Source: Mytilus californianus
Lineage: Eukaryota
Assembly: GCF_021869535.1 (NCBI RefSeq)
Contig: NW_026262679.1
Span: 31,310,001-31,374,000 of the forward strand
DNA: 64,000 nucleotides
Direction: 5' to 3'
In this document: piece by piece, positions 35,701 to 47,935 of the stretch
Numbering within the stretch: position 1 is the first letter of the stretch
Layout of the letters: every line of letters starts with the position of its first letter
Notes under the pieces: generated by a model
The model's input: the letters and a program-made list of their open reading frames with translations, nothing else
Databases searched by the model: none
What the model was told of the DNA's origin: nothing
Program-made: the position numbers and the translations under genes

Positions 35701-38700
35701 GATATCAGGGTCATAGATGCAGTGTTACTAGTGGACTGGTAAATATAATTGTAATTCAGTGGTTGTCGTTGGTTGTTGTTTGTGATATCTGTTTTTTGAT
35801 AATTGTTTTACCATAAAACAGACACTTTGTTTTCTCGTTTTTATTGTTTCATATTTGTTCATGTCGGGGCCTTTTATAGCTGACTATACAATGTGGATTT
35901 TGCCGATTTTTGAAGACAAGACAAGACAAGACAAGACAAGACAAGACAATTTATTACAACTTAGGCACACGTATGGTGCTACAAGAGGATAACAACTATA
36001 CATTAACAATTACATAATTATACATTTGCAAGCAAGACACACAATAAATAAATTAGCGATATCATACAGTAGAATTGAAATATACAATATGTGGTTGATT
36101 CTTTTGCAATATTTTGAATTGCAACGTGAATAAACATTTATTTTAATACTACATTGTAACATGATACAAATTATGAAAATATCTTTTCTAAATGTCATAA
36201 AAACGTGCACAGTTTTGTTAGAACTGGCACATTACAGTGTGACAATCGACCTATAAATTTTAATTGGGAAGGATTCTTTGTGTAATATGTAGGTATGTAC
36301 CTTTCTCTTAATGACATACTAGTAATTAGTTCATTGGTACATGTAAAAAAAATAATGATATTCGTCACCAATTGTATTTGAATCGCAGTGACGGCATATA
36401 CGATTCTCTTTTCGTGTATTTGAAGACCGTACGGTGACCTGTAATTACTGGCATCTACGTCATTTGGAGTCGGGTTGGCAGTTGTCTCATTGGCAATCAT
36501 GTCACAACCTCGTATTTTTATACTGAGTGATTTTTTGTCAAAATTGTTGTTTTAGGTACTATTTCACCACTGGCGAACCTTTCATCTATCTTATTTAGAA
36601 ACTACGATTCTGGTGTCCGCCCTTATTGTCCAGGGGAGGAAGAAATAATCGATTTGTCAGTGGATTTAGCTGTCCGTCAACTTATTGACCTTGTGAGTAC
36701 GGTTTAATATCAAAAACGTGAAAAAAATACCGACTTTATTGTAATTTGCTATATTGTATTAACAGACAGATATCAGAAACAAAATTTATACTTACAGCGC
36801 ACATGCATCTAAAATAGTTAAATTTAAATATAGAACATGAATCAGATTTAAAACACTTTTTAGCTTGGAGACTCGGCAACATGTCATAAGTGAACAATCT
36901 TGTATTTTATAAAAAAAAATCACAAATATAATGTTTTTTTACTCTGTTTTTTAATATTTAATTTTTTATTTATGTTTTTTTATATTTAATGATAACAAAA
37001 ACAGAACTTTGTGAGTATTTTACCGTACAAAAGTGTTCTATTCCATTTTGTTTATTTAATTGTTGTTTCTAATTCTATAATAGTAATTTCATCGCTTTAA
37101 AATACTGACTGTATTTTACCTGTAATTACTTATTAATTTTTATAACAACAAAAGTTGTATTTTGTTTGTAGGCAAAGGTTGAATATATATTTTTCAAATG
37201 TATGTATAGGTTGAATACACCGAGAAGCATAGTGGTCTCGTGTTAGCATGTCTGCCTTGAGTGGATAAAGTCACAATTCGATACCGCGTTCATATCAAAT
37301 CAGAACTTAAAATTGGTATTTGCGGCTTCTCATCCAAACACGATCTTTTCAGTAGATCGGTTCGAGGTCATGTAGAATAATGTGTCAGGGTGGACTGTTG
37401 CCTTGTAAAATACATTTTAGCATATAAAAATTCTGCTGGTCAGTCTATTACAAATCCGGGTTTACGATCATATCACATTAACATGTTTTATTTCTGAATA
37501 TGCTTGTATAATATATGCCATTTGACGTACATTCATTAGAACTATCATATGAAGCGTTTTTACAGTTTTTATTTGCCACTGAGCGTACATTTATACTGCT
37601 CATTACCTTTTCAATCATATCCAATCTTGTTTGTTTTTTCTGTACATTTTAAGATTTTTTTCAAGCATATAAATTTCACCATGCTAATAATCAAATGATT
37701 TTCCTTTGGTGATCTCTTATTCTTATTCCTATTAATTACAACCCAACAATATCGAACCCTTTTGTTGCTTTTCCTTTACATTTATTGTTAAAATATATTT
37801 TTTTTTGTAGGATGAACCAAATCAGTTTATCACAATGAATATTTGGATGCGCTTGGTATGTACACGTCATTTAAATCCTCGTTCCTTTTGCCAACCAAGG
37901 CCAAAGGTCAGTGCGTCAATTTGAGCCGTTGTCATCGCATGACGTCCGTCGACCGTCCTACATTAAAACAAAATCCTTTAAAACACTGTGTCAATTTCAA
38001 CCAAATCTGGCCTGCGTCATTCCTAAAAGGTCTACTTATAAAGGCATGTCGATAAATCCGTCGTCCAACTATCATGATCATGATTGTGAATAATAGAACA
38101 TCGGGGTATAAAAACAAAAAAATATGCAAAAATGTAACACATCAGTTGCTGTCAAACTGTGTGGACATTTGTACACTTTCCTTCATAACTTACAGTAAAC
38201 CGTAATAGAATGTCAAATAAATATAATAAAATAAGTAAATGTAAAATACTGTATACAAAACATTTAAATAAAAGAACACTCTAACTTGGAAAATGGTACT
38301 AAGATAGATGCAGAAATAGACGGTAAAACTTACATTAACATGGTCAATTCAAGATAATCGGAAAATTACAACTTATTATGAATGCGCTTACATAGAAAGA
38401 AAACATCGGCTCAAGATTGTTTGCATGCAGTTTCATACAAATACAGTTCTTTTTTCAAGTTTATTCATAATAGAGAATGACACCCGTCAATGCAACATCC
38501 AAAGGATTCATACTTTGTGCACTATCAATAGTTTTATACGGTAACTAATATCTTTTATCCTTTTAAACGGTAAGAACAATTTATAAATTTTATGCGTTCA
38601 AAGCGCTTTTCTGGATTTACTTTAATCAAGAACCTTCAAACCCAAAACATTTGAAAACCAGGGATGTATAAATACAACAGAAACGCTATGCGTAATATGA

Positions 38701-41700
38701 ACAAAACATACTTAAACAGAATAGCCAAATTTGCCTGATGCAGTTGGATCCTTGGTTTAGCAGAATTTTTCTTTTATCAATAGGAAATTTACGAAAGTTA
38801 TGTTAAAAAGCATGTCAATAGCGAAGCACTGACTACTGCGCTCGCGATACCCTCGGGGACTTAAAGACTACCTGCAGTGGTATCGATCCATTGATAATCA
38901 ATTAACGTCTAAACTTTGTGCGTCCGAAACGCTATTCTAGAGTTACCTTCATCAGCAAAACTCAAAGCCAAATCATTTTAATAGTCAGGAATTTTTTCAC
39001 AAAAAAACTTACGACTAAAATTGATCGTAGGTATACTGAATTGTGTAAGACTTGCGGTCAATTTTAGGCGCAAGATTTTTTGTGAAACTCATTCCAGGGA
39101 TGTATAAATACGTAGAAACGTTATAAGCAATGTTAGCAAAATGGATAAAAAAAAACGATAGTTTGTTTTTATGATGTGATGTTACATCACTGTCCACGAA
39201 GCAGGTTTGGGTGCCCGCAAACATGTTTAACCCCGTCACATTATGTATGTGCATGTCTTAAGTCAGGAGCCTGTAATTCAATGGTTGTCGTTTGTTGCTG
39301 TTTATCATATTTGTTTTTCGTTTGTTGTTTTGTAGAGTTTGATCTTGTGTTGTGCTGTTGCACTACTGTTTCAGGTTAGGGGATGGTTGGGCTCCCCCAT
39401 ACATGTTTAACCCCGTCACATTATAAGGATGTCTATCCTAAGTTAGGAGCCTGTAATTCAGTGGTTGTCGTTTGTTGATGTTTATCATATTTGCTTTTTG
39501 TTTATTGTTTTGTATATAGATCAAACCGATAGTTTTCTCGTTTTAATTGTTTTACATTTGTTACTTCGGGGTCTTTGATAGCTTGCTATGCGATATTGGT
39601 TTTGCTCATTGTTGAAGGCCGTACTGTGTCCTATAGTTACTAACTTCATTTGGTCTCTGGTGGAAAGTTGCCTCTTTGGCAGTGATACCACATCTTCTTT
39701 TTTTTATATATACTCTAAAGAATAGCAGAATTCAACTAAGTCAACTTTCCTTTCGGGAGTCGTAACGTCTGTTTCTTAGGATTTTCATAGTTTATCGACC
39801 CAGTGCTATTAAACGAAAGTAACATTTAACACATTTCGTGCGTCGGAAGCGCTTATATTTATTTACCCCTTCAGGTAAACTTAAACTTGGTATATATGAT
39901 TGTACCAAAACACAATGAAAATAATGAAAACAACACGTTATAAATTTCATGCATCCGAAAATTCAAAATATCAAAACAATTTTAGGAAAATTGGCAAGAA
40001 TGAACATCAGCTGCTTATGCAAGGCATAAAGACAACATGTTTTTCATTTATAGTCGATGGGGTTTTTGCGAAATAGTTTGAAATATATTTTATAATAATC
40101 ATGTATATCCCGAATTGTGCATTTAAATAGGTAGTTTACTTTGCATATATCTGTTTTGAAAATTAGAGATCCTTTCCTCTTTTGGAAAATAATTGAAAAT
40201 CAGCAGGTTTGACATTTTAACTGTATTCGTCTTGCTTTTAGGTTTCTAGAGTCTGTGCTTTAAGTTATCCGTAATCAGTAAATGTTCTATCAAACACGAG
40301 GGTCATATCTTGATAGATTGCTTCAGTTTAACATACCTATTGTATATTCCCCTGTATAACTGAAGTTGTTCATGTGATAGTGTTGTTTTGTAGGGTTGGA
40401 GGGATTGTCAACTAACCTGGGATCCAAATGAATTTGCAGGTATCACACAACTTCGTGTGCCTTATTCCAGATTATGGATTCCTGATATATCGTTATATGA
40501 AAGGTATACAGTTCACAATAAGATAAAAAAAAAATGAACAATCATAGTGTTATCTTCTTACGCATAGAGAATTCAGATTGCAATCCCATTGTAGTTTATA
40601 AGATAAAATTGAACAATCATAGTGGTATCTTCTCATGCATAGAGAATTCAGATTGCAATCCCATTGTAGTTTGTAAGATCATATATATATTTGTCATATA
40701 CAATATTGTTGTGTACAAATTGTAATGGTGTACACATTATGATAGTCATCAGTATTTTGTGAAACTTTGAACATTATAGGATAAAACACTGAGACAAAGT
40801 ATATCAGAACAATTAAATATTTTATGGAAATATTATCTGGTATTGATGAAATATAAATAAAATCTAATCTAACCCAGGTGTTCTCGTTTGCAATATATGA
40901 CAATGAGGACAGTGCTTAGCGTTAGGTTGAAGTATATACATTTTGTACAAGTTGTACATTAAGCTAATTAATTATAGAATATACACTTCATATTAACCTA
41001 GTGAATGAATTGTTTGCCAAACATTCTGATAACTTGTACAAAAATACTGTTCAAATTATAATTTATACACAATTACATCTTATGCACAACATTTAAATAT
41101 ATGAAAAAAGATGATGTGGATATACGCAATAGAGACAGCAATACAGCGACAAAAATAATCAAAATAAATCTAGAGGGCAACATACAGTCTTCAACATTAG
41201 AGATGTGTCTTTATAATAGAGCAAGCTCTAAATATATCAGTCGATAAAAGTTGTAAATATTTTTTAACAGATACAACGAAGATCTGCCATAAACACCACA
41301 TTCTACAAATACACGGGAATGTGGAGGGAGAAGCTATTTTTGTAGAGACCTCAACCCTACCCTTTTTAATGTCGATCTGTAAATAACAAAACGTAAAATC
41401 GAAAATTCGAAATTTTACTCACAAACCACTGGGACAATTTGGACCAAACATGGTCAATCTCAGCTTTCATGTGTAATCTTTAAAATATTATGTCCAGTAA
41501 TAGTAAATTCTGTCCTGTAGTAAAAATTGCCCCCATGACTTTGTTTCCTATGTAATCAAGTCCATGCACATAATTGGACTGGAAAAATAAGTCCCAGGAT
41601 AAGTTTTCGTTTATTTAACAAATGTATTTTATATCATTGTAGGGTCTCTGATGAATTTTACGGACTAAAGGATTATCCTATTTTAATTTATTCAGATGGA

Positions 41701-44700
41701 CTGGTCAAACTCAGTTTTCCATCTACCGTAGAAGTATTATGTCCTGTCGACGTTACCAATTTCCCGTTTGATACTCAAGTTTGTCCACTTAAATTTAGTT
41801 CTTGGGTATATCACGGATTTCATCTGAATATTACATCAAACGCCATGGCCGCCGACTTAAGTAATATATTAGAAAATGTAGAATGGATTATAAAAAAAGG
41901 ACCTGCTCATAGACGTTTGTCGTATTATATATCAGTTCCATATCCATATCCAGATGTTACATTCAGCATCTTCCTCGAGAGAAAGCCAGATTATTACGTT
42001 AACAATATTTTGATACCTTCATTTTTGATCACATGTATCGCTATTCTTGGTTTTTTCCTTCCCGTTGACTGTGGAGAAAAAGTTGCTCTGGAGTTGACAG
42101 TCATGTTAGCAATATCAGTGTTCCAGTTACTCGTGGCAGATAAATTACCGCCATCATCTGACAGTACACCATGGATTGGTAAGATTGGTTCAACATACTT
42201 ATAAGCTAATAGCTATTTATGATTCATGTGACTAAATTTCACAATTTACGTACATTGATGGCCTTTATGAAATGTATTTGTGTTTAATTTTTAACCACAT
42301 GATCAGCCTTTTTATCTCACAGGGTCCAAATGGTAATATGAGCTTTCCTCATCACATGGCGTCCTTTTTCTGTTTTCGTCTATTAACTTTTACCAAAAAA
42401 ATCACAAGGCTTGTTGGAATCAAAATATACTATAAACAAAAATCACCCTTTGGGTATCTAGTTAAAAACAATGTCCTTCACCCCCGCCTGCCAACCAACA
42501 TGGCCACCAAACTAAATTTAGAACAAAAGTATTGACAATTTTCTTAAATCCCAATATAGATAAAGAAAATCTGACATGAATAGAAATGTTCAGAATAAAA
42601 AGATCAACCTACTGTCTCTTTTTACCAAAACTATCGGACATTTCCTAATAGGAAATATTGCCCTTTAATGATGATTTTTATTAATTTGTTCGCAATTTTG
42701 GCTATTGTCTTTAAAATTGTAACAGATAAAGTGAAACAATGAATGGCAAAAATGATCAGCAAGACAAGATCTACGTATAACTCAAACATGATCAAAATTG
42801 TCAGTCGATTCCTTATAGGAGTTATTGCCCTGGAACGATTTTTTAACCGTTTTTGTGTCAGTTTTGCAGAAACTTTAGAAAGTAGAGAGGAAACAACAAA
42901 AAAACGATCAGCTGGACAATATCTACAAATAAATCAACCTGGCGGAAATTGTCATTATACTCAAAATAGAAATTATTACAGTTGATTGATTGATTGATTG
43001 GTGTTTACGCCACTTACAACACTATTGTGCTCTTTCGTGGCGGTCAGTTTTTATTGGTGGAGGAAGCCGGAGTGCCCTGAGAAAACCACCGACCTTCGGT
43101 AGGAAAACTGACAATCCTAATCAATTAAGATTGGAGTCGAGCGCACCTGGCACGTGCGTGATTCGAACTCACAACCTCAGTGTTGACTGACTAGTGATTC
43201 AGTAGTTCGACTACTTAGACCACTCGGTCACCGAGGCCCCTATTACAGTTGAAAGACGATTTTTGTTTGTGAAACTTATGTAGAAAGAGATAAACTGTAT
43301 ATAGCAAAAAATAATCAGCAGTTAAATATCTACAAATAAGAAATTATGGCTGAAATTGTTCGTCAACTCTTTATAGGAGTTATTGTCTTTGAAAGACGAT
43401 GTTTACCCTTTTTTCTATCGGAATCTGTAGTAGAAAGAGAGAAACTGTAATGATCATCAGGACAAGATCTATATAAGTAAAATTTCGAAGAGACAAAATT
43501 GTCATTCGATTTTTTATAGGAGTAAATGTCCTTGAAAGACGATTTTTACCAATTTATGTGTTCCAAAAACTAAAGAAAGTATAGACAAACTTTAATACAA
43601 AATTGATCAGCAAGACGAGTCGTATTATAAAATCATTATGTCCTATATCAGACGACTCTGGGTAGGAGTTATTTCTCTTAAATGACAATTACACATTTGT
43701 TGTTCTTTTTTTACCAGAAACTATCACAAAAATTCTTATTGTATAATATCATTTATTATAAAGAAGCCAGGTAGTCGATGCAGGCTCTTGGTATCCTCTT
43801 ATTTCGATGCAGAGCGAATAAATATATTCTTTACATTTGCACGTTTCTTGCAAACCATCTATTTTCTAGTGAAAGTCCGCATTACTCGTCCTTCATCACC
43901 GTCGACCATTTTAACTTATTTAGGTTTTGTTTAATTTGTTCTCCTCCTGAAAATGCACGGAATGTTTGCCACTTGACTTTACAATCGATCGCTTTTAAAG
44001 ACAACAAATGTATAAAGTGTTTTACTGCAACTGTACACAATTTGATATTAAAACAAAAATAGAAAACAGTTGAAATAAGTTTGCGTGTGTGTATTTTGCA
44101 GTCTATGTGAATCTACTATTTAATCCTTAATGACAAGGGATAAAATCATCAAAGATACTAGGCTGATAATTTTATACGTCAGACTCAGTCTTATTGCATA
44201 GTGGCGCTCGAGTAAAAGAAAAATGAAAGGCTTAATCAATATCGAAGTTGTAAAGCATTGCAAACCGCGAATATCAAAAGTAGTACCAATTTGGCTATGA
44301 CCATATATGCCCTGAGTAGAACAAAATACAGTTCTCAATGATTTAAACATTTTATTGATAGGAAATTCACAGGAAATGATCAGAAGGTAAGGGGTTATTG
44401 CAATTTTGTAACCTAGAGGCCGACTATTACCAGAGAAAATATCAGTGTGGCAGTGAAATCAAGCTGGCTATTACATGAATACCCAGTCAGTAACCATTTT
44501 ATTTTACCGAATACAGTTTAAGATTACTTAACAGTAACATCATGCAGTTCGCGAGAACCCTGGAGCTTTGGAAGAAAAATGCAAACCGTTTTAATAATGA
44601 GTTAAAAAAAAGATTTTATCTATCATATATATAATTCACCAGAAAGGTCATGCCGAAGAAATACTTTATATGTGCAATGCATGAATTCTCTAAATTATGA

Positions 44701-47252
44701 CCGCAAAAATTTAAATAAGTACAAAACGGTCGTTAAAACCTATGTCGATTGCTATACCGAAAACTTAAATAATATGTACTATTTAAAAATAAATTGGACT
44801 TTCTAGTATTCTAAAAGAGAAGCTTTCTTTTCAAATAATCTTAATATCATTATAGCACATGTAGCATGTGCGATACTTTATTTGTGTACAGGAATAAATT
44901 TAAGTTTACATTTTGAAATTTCAAGTTTTCTTAACTTTGAATACGTCTTAGATTAACCTCAATCGCGGCGTTGCATACAGATTCCGAAACATTGTATGAT
45001 ATTACCAGCCAATAACTAAATGGCAGTCAATGGTTATACTGATAAAAAAAGTAAAAGTGCAATTTGAAGAAGAGAAAATTCTAGTGTTATTTATATATCA
45101 CTAGTAAATCAATTTTAGAGTTAAACGGTCATTTTGATCTTAACATCATCTAAAAAGTCTGAACAAAAAATGATTCAGACATGTTCAGTCTTTCGTGCAA
45201 ATTTTAGACTTGTCCACTGCGGTAAATTCGGTACTGTTCAGACAATTCCCTTGCGGTCAACTCATTACTGTTCAGTAGCGTTTTGAGGCAATTCATAATG
45301 GTGTTTATGCATGTGAACAGATCTTAATTGACTGCAAGCGAATTGTCTGAACAGTACTAAAATTACTGCTCTGTATAAGACTAAAAGTTGACCGAAGGAC
45401 TGAAAAAGCCTAAATAAGGTTCAGTCTTTTAAGAGCTGTTCAGATCAAAAATGACCGTTTCAGATCAATATTTGTTTACTATTGACATATCATAGTGAGC
45501 TAACGGATCCGAGTATCAGTCTGAATATTCTTGTTGTATGCAATTTATATAAATACTTGCTGCATCTCTTAAGTTCAAGTAATATATTTAATCTCTTTTA
45601 TTTCAGTTGTCTACTTCAATTTTACACTATTCCTTTCTGGGACAGCTTCACTTATACAAGTCATTGTTTTAAATCTTCATTATCGTGCAGATGAAAAAAT
45701 GTCTGACTGGATTGTTTTCAAAGTCTTACAGCCACTTGCAATAATATCTTTCACCAATGTGCCAGGATTTACACCTTTTCCATGGAAATCTAAACAGGTA
45801 AGTGAGGAGAAAGAATCATAAAAACGTTTCTATGGCTTGGAATCTGTATGCCTTTCCTACATAACAAGGGTGGATTCAATTTGTGTCTGTGTGAGGAGGG
45901 AATCTCCTTGATGGTCGATCCCGCCTCCGCTAGAGACGTCAGTCATGCTGTTTTACATTTAAAGATTTCGGGAGTTTCAAGTGTCCGAAAATCAGCATAA
46001 CCTCTGTGCAAGATTTTTGTTACGTTTTGGCAAATCTATCTCATGCTTTTCTGCAATGTAATTTTAATTAACAATTGCAACATAATGCTGTACGTTTCCG
46101 CAAAATTTTAATTCCTCTGTGAGCCAGGTAAATGTTGTGTTAAAATATTAGCAGGCCAACTACTTATAAAATGTAATTATATAATACATAAAGAAGGATT
46201 CTTAAATTCCAGGAACAATTCTGGGAATCATTTAAACTATGTAATTATATAATTCATAAACAGGATTATTAAATTCCAGGAACAATTCTCGGAAACATTT
46301 AAACTACCAAAATTCAGTGGACTTTGCCATACACACATACTTAGAGAATGAATTTTCAAAAATGCAAGGGTAGACAATTTCACTGTTAACCAGTTATACA
46401 TTTGTATTTTATCTAAATTCGTTATATATCTTAATGTAAACTGATCTAATTTAAACGGTTCAAATTACAAAACGGTTACCATTACAACCGGTATTCGAAA
46501 TAGTATTGCACAATCATATACAATACCACAAGAATGCTTGTTTTTTTAGTTTATATCAGATAGCTAGTTTTCTTTATTGAATTGTTTCACATTTGGCATG
46601 TTGGTGTTTTTATCGCTTACTTTACTGTATGAATTTCGCTCATTGTTGAAGACCGCATAGCGACCTGTAGCTGTTTACATCATTCTCTGTCGGTCTTCGG
46701 AAGCCCTTCATACTAAAAATGTGCGCACGATCACTGCGTTTACAACCCTATAAAATTAGACGAAACGCGCGTCTGGCGTAAATATAAAATTTAATCCTGG
46801 TATCTATGATGAGTTTATTATAAAAAGAAGCGTTCAATTCTTATAATTACATTTTAAGGTGGAACCGAGGAATTAAGAGTTATATCAATCTTTTCCTATG
46901 TTTTTCTGTGCATTGTTTTAACATTATCCCGGATAGCGATTGCAGTCAAAGCTGTTGTATTTTATACGGAAATAAAACATGAATTTTGAGTACCTCGCGA
47001 TTATTGTCAGCTAGCCAATCAAATTTATGGATTCTAATTAAACATACATGTAATGTAATTATTGTTATATGTATTACTATAAAAATACATTTGCAGAATG
47101 ACAACATAGAAAAGAAGGGAATAACTATTCCAGAAGATGCTCAGCTGTGGATTTTGCTGGCAAAGTGTGTTGATAGATTAGGTCTCGTGGTATTTTTGTT
47201 GGTATTTTTAATCGGTACAGTGATCATTTTAAAACTTGCAGATTGTAACTAG
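32684..47252 (+). CDS. Divergent nicotinic acetylcholine receptor subunit (non-alpha, cation-type Cys-loop LGIC), ~438 aa, 8 exons
   Basis: Exons 32684-32744, 33338-33418, 36556-36692, 37811-37855, 40394-40503, 41643-42178, 45607-45797, 47097-47252 (1317 nt, phases compatible). Motifs DEPNQFITMNIW, WIPDISLY, Cys-loop CPVDVTNFPFDTQVC, SSW, M1-M4, GEK. The 45- and 110-nt exons are typical of nAChR genes. Confidence 0.93.
33338..33418 (+). CDS. nAChR gene 1 exon 2 (N-terminal extension)
   Basis: GIGHGKTFSSTNDSDQSASKSLTHVYD then GTAAGT, phase 1/1; frame conserved in the paralog at 61223-61306. Confidence 0.72.
33781..35137. mobile_element. Composite insertion in nAChR gene 1 intron 2: HINE-like part plus inverted ~123-bp tandem array (34510-35135, about 5 units)
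   Basis: Absent from the paralogous intron (61860-61930 is continuous); left part homologous to 25636-26500, right part to 18318-19070. Confidence 0.75.
35913..36400 (-). mobile_element. Probable LINE 3'-end remnant with (TTGTC)n tail
   Basis: (GACAA)n at 35913-35948 followed by TTTATT, i.e. AATAAA-TTGTCTTGTC... on the minus strand. Confidence 0.5.
36556..36692 (+). CDS. nAChR gene 1 exon 3
   Basis: GTISPLANLSSILFRNYDSGVRPYCPG...AVRQLIDL then GTGAGT. Confidence 0.92.
37215..37460 (+). mobile_element. Degenerate tRNA-derived SINE (Meta-type core)
   Basis: Decayed A/B boxes followed by AAATTGGTATTTGCGGCTTCTC...AATGTGTC; related copy at 61561-61771. Confidence 0.6.
37811..37855 (+). CDS. nAChR gene 1 exon 4 (45 nt)
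   Basis: DEPNQFITMNIWMRL. Confidence 0.93.
38560..39980 (-). mobile_element. Penelope-like/retrozyme repeat remnants with degenerate hammerhead motifs
   Basis: Three related motifs at about 38590-38640, 38917-38965 and 39835-39880; direct repeat CCAGGGATGTATAAATAC near 38660 and 39095. Confidence 0.55.
40394..40503 (+). CDS. nAChR gene 1 exon 5 (110 nt)
   Basis: GWRDCQLTWDPNEFAGITQLRVPYSRLWIPDISLYE. Confidence 0.94.
41643..42178 (+). CDS. nAChR gene 1 exon 6 (Cys-loop, loops B and C, M1, M2)
   Basis: VSDEFYGLKDY...CPVDVTNFPFDTQVC...GEKVALELTVMLAISVFQLLV...STPWI. Confidence 0.95.
42560..43750. repeat. Degenerate ~170-bp repeat family (AATGATCAGCAAGACAAGATCTAC...GGAGTTATTG)
   Basis: Several units interrupted by a SINE; the family recurs at 51560-52200 and 55090-55260. 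Confidence 0.65.
42986..43240 (-). mobile_element. tRNA-derived SINE (V-type core) with 12-bp TSD
   Basis: Minus strand: GGGGCCTCGGTGACCGAGTGGTCTAAG (A box), GAGTTCGAATC (B box), TTTTCTCAGGGCACTCCGGCTTCCTCC, (CAAT)n tail; TSD TATTACAGTTGA at 42974 and 43241; head fragment also at 62755-62830. Confidence 0.85.
45093..45490. mobile_element. Fold-back MITE with long imperfect inverted repeats
   Basis: AAACGGTCATTTTGATCT ... AGATCAAAAATGACCGTTT; inner GTACTGTTCAGACAATTC / GAATTGTCTGAACAGTAC. Confidence 0.75.
45607..45797 (+). CDS. nAChR gene 1 exon 7 (M3)
   Basis: VVYFNFTLFLSGTASLIQVIVLNLHYR...MSDWIVFKVL...WKSKQ. Confidence 0.92.
47097..47252 (+). CDS. nAChR gene 1 exon 8 (M4, stop)
   Basis: NDNIEKK...WILLAKCVDRLGLVVFLLVFLIGTVIIL..TAG. 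Confidence 0.92.
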   Translation, partial: NDNIEKKGITIPEDAQLWILLAKCVDRLGLVVFLLVFLIGTVIILKLADCN

Positions 47253-47935
47253 ATTGCCGCAAGTTCAGAGGAACTACATTAGCATATGTGTTGTTCCTAG
47301 CTTCTTTTATCACATGTAATGAAATGTAGTGTTATTAAGAACCAAAAGTGTTTTGTTGTATTTGCTAGTGTGGTTGCATGATTTGTATTGTATGATATGT
47401 ATTAAAAGATGAAGTTTCCATGTGTTGGAAAATTGTGCGTTAGTCCTCCTGACTCTCAGCAATACACCTAGATTCTTGCATTGTTGCTTTAGATGAATGG
47501 AATCCAAAATGTATTTTTTGGCGGAAGAGGAAGTTCGATACCGCGTAAGCAACTGTTTTCAAGTCAGCAAATCAATTCTTTTATTTAAACAAATGAAATA
47601 AAAAGGATAAGAACAAATACAAAAATATAGGAATATAATGAAATAATAACAAAAACACTTGATTTTATTATTTTTGAATAAAAAGTAACTTTATTTTTAG
47701 ATAACATTTCAGAAGTTTTAACATTTCTCAACTTTAAGGTAACTTTTAATTTGAATATTCAATACTTAGGAAATTGAAATTTCCAAAAGTATTTAAAGGA
47801 ACATTAGCTGTCTAATTCATGTTGAACAATTTGACCCAAAAATACTTATATTTTATTTATATCATACTAAAACGTATATCCGAACTACAAAAAGTCCAAA
47901 AAGAAACAACTAACAATGCATGTACACGTTATTAT

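Noticed and set aside
40878-40930. Candidate extra receptor exon and an internal acceptor at 41695
   Set aside because: The acceptor at 41642 gives a continuous family-like frame (VSDEFYGLKDY...SDG), so neither is needed
43150-43240. tRNA-like sequences here and at 37215, 61561 and 62755
   Set aside because: SINE heads followed by SINE cores, tails or TSDs; no complete cloverleaf
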